Below are positions 7,419-12,178 of a stretch of DNA of 12,178 nt, one piece after another. The notes beneath the pieces are model-generated. The model had not been told where the DNA came from. It worked only from the letters and a program-made list of their open reading frames with translations, and ran no database searches. The DNA is from an uncultured Deinococcales bacterium (GTDB taxonomy: Bacteria; Deinococcota; Deinococci; Deinococcales; JAAFIG01), in assembly GCA_964247135.1 (NCBI GenBank), contig CAXTTL010000146.1, positions 1-12,178 of the forward strand, given 5' to 3'. Each line of letters opens with the position of its first letter. Position 1 is the stretch's first letter. Both the position numbers and the translations under genes were made by a program.

Positions 7419-7449
7419 ATCATGGAATGTGAAGTTCACTTCATGTCAA
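7419..7449 (-). promoter_or_regulatory. MerR-type promoter with 19-bp spacer and palindromic operator
   Basis: Minus strand reads TTGACA (7449-7444), 19 bp, CATGAT (7424-7419). The spacer contains the dyad TGAAGT-GA-ACTTCA (7430-7443). Confidence 0.8.
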
Positions 7450-7453
7450 GTCT

Positions 7454-8347
7454 TCAACCTTCAGGGACACCAGAACTCGGCTCGCTGCTCGAGCTGGCAA
7501 TGCTCACCGGTGAAATGTCTTTGGGCACATTCAGGTTCATTTGCGGCATCGGAATGCGCAAACCTGCGGCGTCAAAGGCGTTTTTGATGCGTTTTTTGAA
7601 CTCTCGAGAAAGTCCCCATTGCTCTTTGGGTTGAACCTTCATGACGGTGCGAATCGTCACGCCCACCGCCCCGAGGGCTTGCACGCCGAGCACTTCGGGG
7701 GCTTCGAGAAATTTTGGGGTCCAAATTGGGTCATCGTGCAAACTTTGGGCGACGCCACCGATCAACTCGAGGGCGGTATCGAGTTTCAGGTCGTGCGGAA
7801 CGTCAATATCGGCGACAACCCGCGCCCAATCTTTGGAGAGCACGCTGACGGTCAAGATTTGCCCGTTTGGAATGATGTGCGCCGTTCCCTCGAGGTCACG
7901 CAAAACGGTCACGCGCAAGTTGAGGTGCTCGACGCTGCCAGCCAAACCGCCCGCGCCATTGACCCGCACCACATCACCAACGCCGTATTGATCCTCCAAG
8001 AGCACAAAAAAACCGGTGATGACATCTCTGACCAGGCTTTGCGCCCCGAACGAAACCGCCAAGCCCAGAATCGAGACCCCTGCCAGCAGCGCGGTGACGT
8101 TGATGCCAATTTCGGACAAGATCGCGGCGAGTGCCGAGAGCAAAATCAGCAGGCGCAAACTCGAGGCGACCACCGAGCGCAAAGTTTGAACGCGCACGTT
8201 GTGGCGGCTAAATTCCGTGCCGATTGAGACTCGAGCCGCAACAAACTTGACCAGCCACAACGCCAAGATGGTGACCAGCAAGGTAATGACCAAACTTGGG
8301 GCAGCCTCGAGCAAACTGGCGAGCAACTTTTGCAAACGTGCCAACAC
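7454..8347 (-). CDS. mscS: Small-conductance mechanosensitive channel family protein (start re-assigned to GTG at 8347)
   Basis: MscS motifs LLAGVSILGLAVSFGAQSLVRDVITGFF, EDQYGVGDVV, G.VE..NLRVT.LR..EG...IIPNG. The GTG lies 1 nt after the plsX stop; the longer ORF-track start would overlap plsX by about 95 nt. Confidence 0.9.
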   Translation of the reverse strand: MLARLQKLLASLLEAAPSLVITLLVTILALWLVKFVAARVSIGTEFSRHNVRVQTLRSVVASSLRLLILLSALAAILSEIGINVTALLAGVSILGLAVSFGAQSLVRDVITGFFVLLEDQYGVGDVVRVNGAGGLAGSVEHLNLRVTVLRDLEGTAHIIPNGQILTVSVLSKDWARVVADIDVPHDLKLDTALELIGGVAQSLHDDPIWTPKFLEAPEVLGVQALGAVGVTIRTVMKVQPKEQWGLSREFKKRIKNAFDAAGLRIPMPQMNLNVPKDISPVSIASSSSEPSSGVPEG

Positions 8348-8348
8348 G

Positions 8349-9377
8349 TTAAACCGTTTCGGGTTTCTCGAGTTTTTGTGCCAGCACCTCGAGTTTGATC
8401 GCGGTTTTCTCGAGCAAATTCGCTTCGACCGCCCTTGCCGCAAAACTTATGGCGCTGTAAACAGCTTTGGCGTCGCTCGAGCCGTGACCGATGAAGACCA
8501 GACCTTTCACGCCCAAGAGTGGCTGTGCGCCGTACTCGGCTGGGTCGAGCTTGGCTGCCACGCCGCGCAGGGCTGGACGCACCAGCGCCGCGCCAAGTTT
8601 GGTCAGCCAGTTGCCGCCAGACAGCGCCTCGCGCACCCAGCCGAACAAGACTTTGGCTTCGCTCTCGGCGGCTTTTAAAACCACATTGCCGGTAAAACCG
8701 TCGGTCACGACCACATCGACCGTTCCCTTAAAAATATCACGCCCTTCGACGTTGCCAAAAAAGTTTAACCCTGGCGTAGATTTTAAGAGATCGAACGTCT
8801 CGAGCACGAGTTGATTGCCCTTGCCTTCCTCTTCGCCGATGGACAGCAATCCAACGCTGGGGTCGGTTTTGCCAAACATCGCGCTCGAGTACGCCGCACC
8901 CATGAGGGCAAAACCCTGCATGAACGAGGCTCGAGCGTCCGCATTCGCGCCGACGTCCACCAGGGTCACGCGACCTGTGGCGTTTGGGAAGTTCGCCACG
9001 ATGGCAGGGCGCTCCACGCCAGGCAAGCGCCCCAAACCGAACAAGGCACTGACCAGCGTCGCGCCCGTATGTCCCTGCGCCACGACGGCGCTGACTTTTT
9101 TCTGGCGCAACAAATTGATGGCGACATTGATCGACAGGTTTTTATTTTTGCGCGTGTCGGTGGCGTGGTCGTCCATGCCAATCACGTCCGAGGCGTGAAC
9201 CACCCCGATCAAACCGCTGGGTTCAAATTTCTCGAGTTCGCGCCTGACCTCGGTTTCACGCCCGACCAACGTCACCGGAATGCCCTCTTTGGCGGCACGC
9301 ACCGCCCCTTCGACCATTGCCGCAGGTGCAAAATCGCCACCCATCGCGTCGAGCGCAATTGGAAGGCTTAACGCCAC
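8349..9377 (-). CDS. plsX: Phosphate acyltransferase PlsX
   Basis: IALDAMGGDFAP, GVERPAI, DVGANAD, LLSIGEEEGKGN, FFGNVEGRDIF, VVVTDGFTGNVVLK, YGAQPLLG and IGHGSS. Confidence 0.97.
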   Translation of the reverse strand: MALSLPIALDAMGGDFAPAAMVEGAVRAAKEGIPVTLVGRETEVRRELEKFEPSGLIGVVHASDVIGMDDHATDTRKNKNLSINVAINLLRQKKVSAVVAQGHTGATLVSALFGLGRLPGVERPAIVANFPNATGRVTLVDVGANADARASFMQGFALMGAAYSSAMFGKTDPSVGLLSIGEEEGKGNQLVLETFDLLKSTPGLNFFGNVEGRDIFKGTVDVVVTDGFTGNVVLKAAESEAKVLFGWVREALSGGNWLTKLGAALVRPALRGVAAKLDPAEYGAQPLLGVKGLVFIGHGSSDAKAVYSAISFAARAVEANLLEKTAIKLEVLAQKLEKPETV

Positions 9378-9419
9378 AGCAGACCTCGAGCTTGTTGAAG
9401 ATCGAATTTCATTGGCTCG

Positions 9420-9425
9420 AGTTTA
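9420..9425 (-). promoter_or_regulatory. Candidate -10 box TAAACT upstream of plsX
   Basis: Minus strand reads ggTAAACTcgagccaATG, 7 nt before an out-of-frame ATG at 9412. Confidence 0.45.
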
Positions 9426-9491
9426 CCTTAGAACTCAGGGTTTCTCGAGCTTCAAAGCTTGACGCTGGCTCAGATTGAATTTGTGGCGGTA

Positions 9492-9737
9492 TCACTCGAG
9501 GTCAAATTTTTGTTTGATCTCCTGAACCAGCGCCTCAGCGCCAGAGATTTCCCCTTCATACCAGTTCGTCCATTCAAAGCAGAGTTTCAAGCCAGCTTTC
9601 TCGAGGTCAACCCGTCCGTAATCGATCCAGGCGTCAACGCCGTTATAAACAAAAACCGCCCGCCAACCCGCCTCGAGATAGACATCCAAAATGCGGTTGA
9701 AAGTTTCGGTTTTAATGTCTTTGAGGCTCAATTCCAC
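9492..9737 (-). CDS. Small hypothetical protein (81 aa; start re-assigned to GTG at 9737, probably leaderless)
   Basis: Minus strand reads TAAGCT-tgctt-GTG. The product MELSLKDIKTETFNRILDVYLEAGW...DAWIDYGRVDLEK...FEWTNWYEGEISG looks globular, whereas the upstream 28 codons do not. Confidence 0.7.
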   Translation of the reverse strand: MELSLKDIKTETFNRILDVYLEAGWRAVFVYNGVDAWIDYGRVDLEKAGLKLCFEWTNWYEGEISGAEALVQEIKQKFDLE

Positions 9738-9832
9738 AAGCAAGCTTACAAAATAAAATCGGAATTTGACCGCGAGAACCTGTATCAAAACGCTATGATT
9801 CCAATGGCGAAAGTGGCTCACGCCTCGAAATT

Positions 9833-11644
9833 ATGGTCAACGGCATCAATGCTCAAAAATCTTTTCTTCACTCGCGGTTCGTGACATTGCTGATCGTGCT
9901 GATGGCACTTTGTGCTTGCAGCCCTCAAAAACCCGAGGTTCAACCAAAAGTGATTCAAGGCGTGCTGGACTTGCGCAACTGGGATTTCTCGACAGACGGT
10001 TCGGTCAAACTCGATGGCGATTGGGAATTTTACTGGGACAAATCCATGCGTTCGCTCGAGCCTGAAGCCAAAGCACAAGAGTTTATTCGCGTGCCTGGGG
10101 CATGGCTCGAGAATCACCATCCCGCAATCGGCAAAGCCGTGTATCGGCTGCACATTTTGACCAGCGCGGCAAGTCAGGTGTTGGGCATCAAGTTATACGA
10201 ATTTCCACAAAGTTACAGGTTGTACGTCAACAACCATTTCCTGATCGAAAATGGCAAGTATTCCGAGACTCCAGGACGCAACAACCGTTCTTTGATGCGT
10301 CCATTTGTGGTCTTTGCCACCTCGAGTTCCACCATTGACCTCTCGATTGAAGTGGTCAATGGTCTGAGCACCGAAGAACCAGGTCCAAGGCGTTCGATTG
10401 TTCTTGGTTTGGAACCAAATGTCCGTCAAGTTCAAGATGGACAATTGATTTCTGACATGCTGACCACGGGCGTTCTGGTCATCATGGCGGCGTATCATCT
10501 TGGCTTGTACCTGCAACGCCGCCGCGAGACGGGCAGTCTGTTGTTTGGCTTGCTGTGTCTGATCATGATTTTTAGGATTGCCGTCACCGAAGAGCATTAC
10601 CTGCAAAAGTTCATCCCCAGCTTTCCAGGCAACCTCGAGCATTTCTTTGACGTGTTCTCTTTCTTTATTTTGGTTCCCGCCTTTGCTTGGATTTTTCAGA
10701 ATTTTTTTGAAAAAGACTTTGACAAACGCATTTTGAAGCTTATTTTTGGCGCGTTTGTAGTGATTGGTGGTTTGTACTTTTTAACTGCCATCGAAATCTT
10801 CTTCGACGCTTACCTTGTCTTTACCTTGCTGGTCGGGCTTTACCTGACCTATGTGCTCTTGCTGGGGGTTCAGCGTCGGCGTTTGGGGGCATGGGTTTTC
10901 TTGGCTGGTTTCCTGATTTTTCTGGCAACCGGTATTTGGGACATTCTTTCCTTCAGCAACATTGTTCGCGCCATTTACGTGTCGCAAATTGGTTTTGTCT
11001 GCTTTATCTTCTCGCAAGCCTACGTGCTCTCGATGCGTTTTAACCAAGCCCTGCACATGTCCGAAGAACTGACGGTCAACCTCGAGGGACTGGTCAAAGA
11101 ACGCACCCAGGCGCTCGAGGAATCAAACCGAAAACTGAGCGTTTTGAACGTGACCGATGCGCTGACCGGCATTGCCAACCGACGGCATTTTGATGAGGTG
11201 TTGCAGCTCGAATGGAACAGGGCATTGCGCGATCACACGCCGCTGGCGCTGCTCATCCTCGATATCGACCATTTCAAGGCGTACAACGATTTTTACGGAC
11301 ATCTTGGCGGGGACGCCTGTTTAAAAACCGTGGCTGACGTGCTGTCCACCCATGTCCGGCGAGCCGGCGATACCTTTGCTCGCTACGGCGGCGAAGAATT
11401 CGTGATCATGCTCGCCAAATGCAGCACCCAAGAGGCACTCGAGCTTGCCGAGCAGCTACGCCAAGCCGTTGAGACACGCGCCATACCGCATCAGAAATCA
11501 AACATCGGACACGTGTCGATCAGCATTGGCGTGACCAGCCTGATTCCAAACCAGACCACTTCAGCCGATCAGTTGGTCAAGATTGCCGATCAAGCCTTGT
11601 ACCGTGCCAAAGATTTGGGCAGAAACCAAACGGCAAGCGCTTAA
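9833..11644 (+). CDS. Membrane-bound diguanylate cyclase: extracellular beta-sandwich sensor + 7TM-DISM + GGDEF
   Basis: Signal/lipobox-like N-terminus, GVLDLRNWDF...LDGDWEFYW sensor motif, about 7 TM helices starting near YHLGLY, and a coiled coil. Then DALTGIANRR, LDIDHFKAYNDFYGHLGGDACL, RAGD I-site, ARYGGEEF and ADQALYRAK. Confidence 0.93.
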   Translation: MVNGINAQKSFLHSRFVTLLIVLMALCACSPQKPEVQPKVIQGVLDLRNWDFSTDGSVKLDGDWEFYWDKSMRSLEPEAKAQEFIRVPGAWLENHHPAIGKAVYRLHILTSAASQVLGIKLYEFPQSYRLYVNNHFLIENGKYSETPGRNNRSLMRPFVVFATSSSTIDLSIEVVNGLSTEEPGPRRSIVLGLEPNVRQVQDGQLISDMLTTGVLVIMAAYHLGLYLQRRRETGSLLFGLLCLIMIFRIAVTEEHYLQKFIPSFPGNLEHFFDVFSFFILVPAFAWIFQNFFEKDFDKRILKLIFGAFVVIGGLYFLTAIEIFFDAYLVFTLLVGLYLTYVLLLGVQRRRLGAWVFLAGFLIFLATGIWDILSFSNIVRAIYVSQIGFVCFIFSQAYVLSMRFNQALHMSEELTVNLEGLVKERTQALEESNRKLSVLNVTDALTGIANRRHFDEVLQLEWNRALRDHTPLALLILDIDHFKAYNDFYGHLGGDACLKTVADVLSTHVRRAGDTFARYGGEEFVIMLAKCSTQEALELAEQLRQAVETRAIPHQKSNIGHVSISIGVTSLIPNQTTSADQLVKIADQALYRAKDLGRNQTASA

Positions 11645-11673
11645 GTCTCTCGGGTTTGACCAAAACGCTCGAG

Positions 11674-12178
11674 CTAAACCTTTAAACCGCAAACCGTAAT
11701 GATGCTCGAGCTTGCGTCGGTCAGCGGCTCTTTGTTCCAGTTTCCGTATTGTCGAATGACGCTCAAACCATTTGCAGTTAAGAGTTTGTTCAAATTTTCA
11801 GCAGATGTAAACTTGCAATCGATTCTGGTCGTGCCAGTCAATTCTCGAGTGCCAACCAAACGGCGGAATGTCGTCCAGTGCAAGACTTGCGTTTGCGGGT
11901 CGTACTCTTGAATTCCCGAAACTTGAACCTCTTGCCCATCAATATTGCTGTACGCAAACCAATCTTCCTCGAGCAAGTTCGTCTCGAGGTCATGCCCGCT
12001 CGGGTTGCGGGTTTCAAAGGCGAATACACCGCCCGGTGCGAGGTGAAGTTTGATCGAGCCGAGCAATTTGTCTTGATCTTTGCGGGTCAAAAACATTTGA
12101 AACGCATTGCCAGTCATGAATGCAAATTGAAACTGTTGTCCAAGACTAAAATCTCGAGCGTCGGCGTGAACAAATTCA
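11674..12178 (-). CDS. Class I SAM-dependent methyltransferase, C-terminal part (5' truncated by window)
   Basis: Frame is open to the window edge: EFVHADARDFSLGQQFQFAFMTGNAFQ...HLAPGGVFAFETRNP, typical post-motif-II methyltransferase elements. Confidence 0.85.
   Translation of the reverse strand, partial: EFVHADARDFSLGQQFQFAFMTGNAFQMFLTRKDQDKLLGSIKLHLAPGGVFAFETRNPSGHDLETNLLEEDWFAYSNIDGQEVQVSGIQEYDPQTQVLHWTTFRRLVGTRELTGTTRIDCKFTSAENLNKLLTANGLSVIRQYGNWNKEPLTDASSSIITVCGLKV

Larger units (their letters stand above)
115..12158. repeat. Dispersed highly iterated palindrome CTCGAG (about 89 copies)
   Basis: Manual count about 89 in 12,178 bp (one per about 137 bp), versus about 3 expected for a hexamer at roughly even base composition. 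Confidence 0.95.

Noticed and set aside
7395-7439. ORF-track GTG start of the MerR gene
   Set aside because: It lies inside the promoter spacer/operator, and AGGAGG supports ATG 7394.
8348-8443. 32-aa N-terminal extension of MscS from the ORF track
   Set aside because: It overlaps plsX and has non-protein-like composition. The GTG right after the plsX stop is more plausible.
9459-9884. 141-aa plus-strand ORF
   Set aside because: It is antisense to the more protein-like 9492-9737 gene and overlaps the DGC start out of frame.
96-12053. Numerous antisense and alternate-frame ORFs in the track (e.g. 2284-2757 +, 4566-5135 +, 7541-8227 +, 8811-9371 +)
   Set aside because: They are shadow ORFs of well-supported genes with no independent motifs or start signals.
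115-12158. XhoI-fragment concatemer or cloning artefact as the source of CTCGAG excess
   Set aside because: Conserved genes (uraH, allC, trxB, plsX, mscS) read intact and colinear across the sites.

Overview
Gene-dense bacterial chromosomal window with 14 likely CDSs, two of them cut by the window edges. A Deinococcota origin is inferred from TANNNT -10 boxes placed 5-7 nt before start codons and from a Deinococcus-like TrxB ending in ...AAD. In order: AraC regulator (partial), uraH-allC purine catabolism pair, small membrane protein, trxB, large Ala/Ser/Gly/Thr-rich lipoprotein, 126-aa hypothetical, MerR regulator coupled to a SAM methyltransferase, plsX-mscS, small hypothetical, 7TM-DISM/GGDEF diguanylate cyclase, and a partial methyltransferase. 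I saw no rRNA, tRNA, CRISPR array or transposase. The main signal these genes do not explain is the palindrome CTCGAG (XhoI site). I count about 89 copies by hand, versus about 3 expected. It occurs in all three reading frames, is denser in intergenic DNA, is built into gene-end hairpins and apparently inflates Leu-Glu content, resembling a HIP1-like highly iterated palindrome system. Also notable are a textbook 19-bp-spacer MerR promoter/operator and several leaderless promoters.
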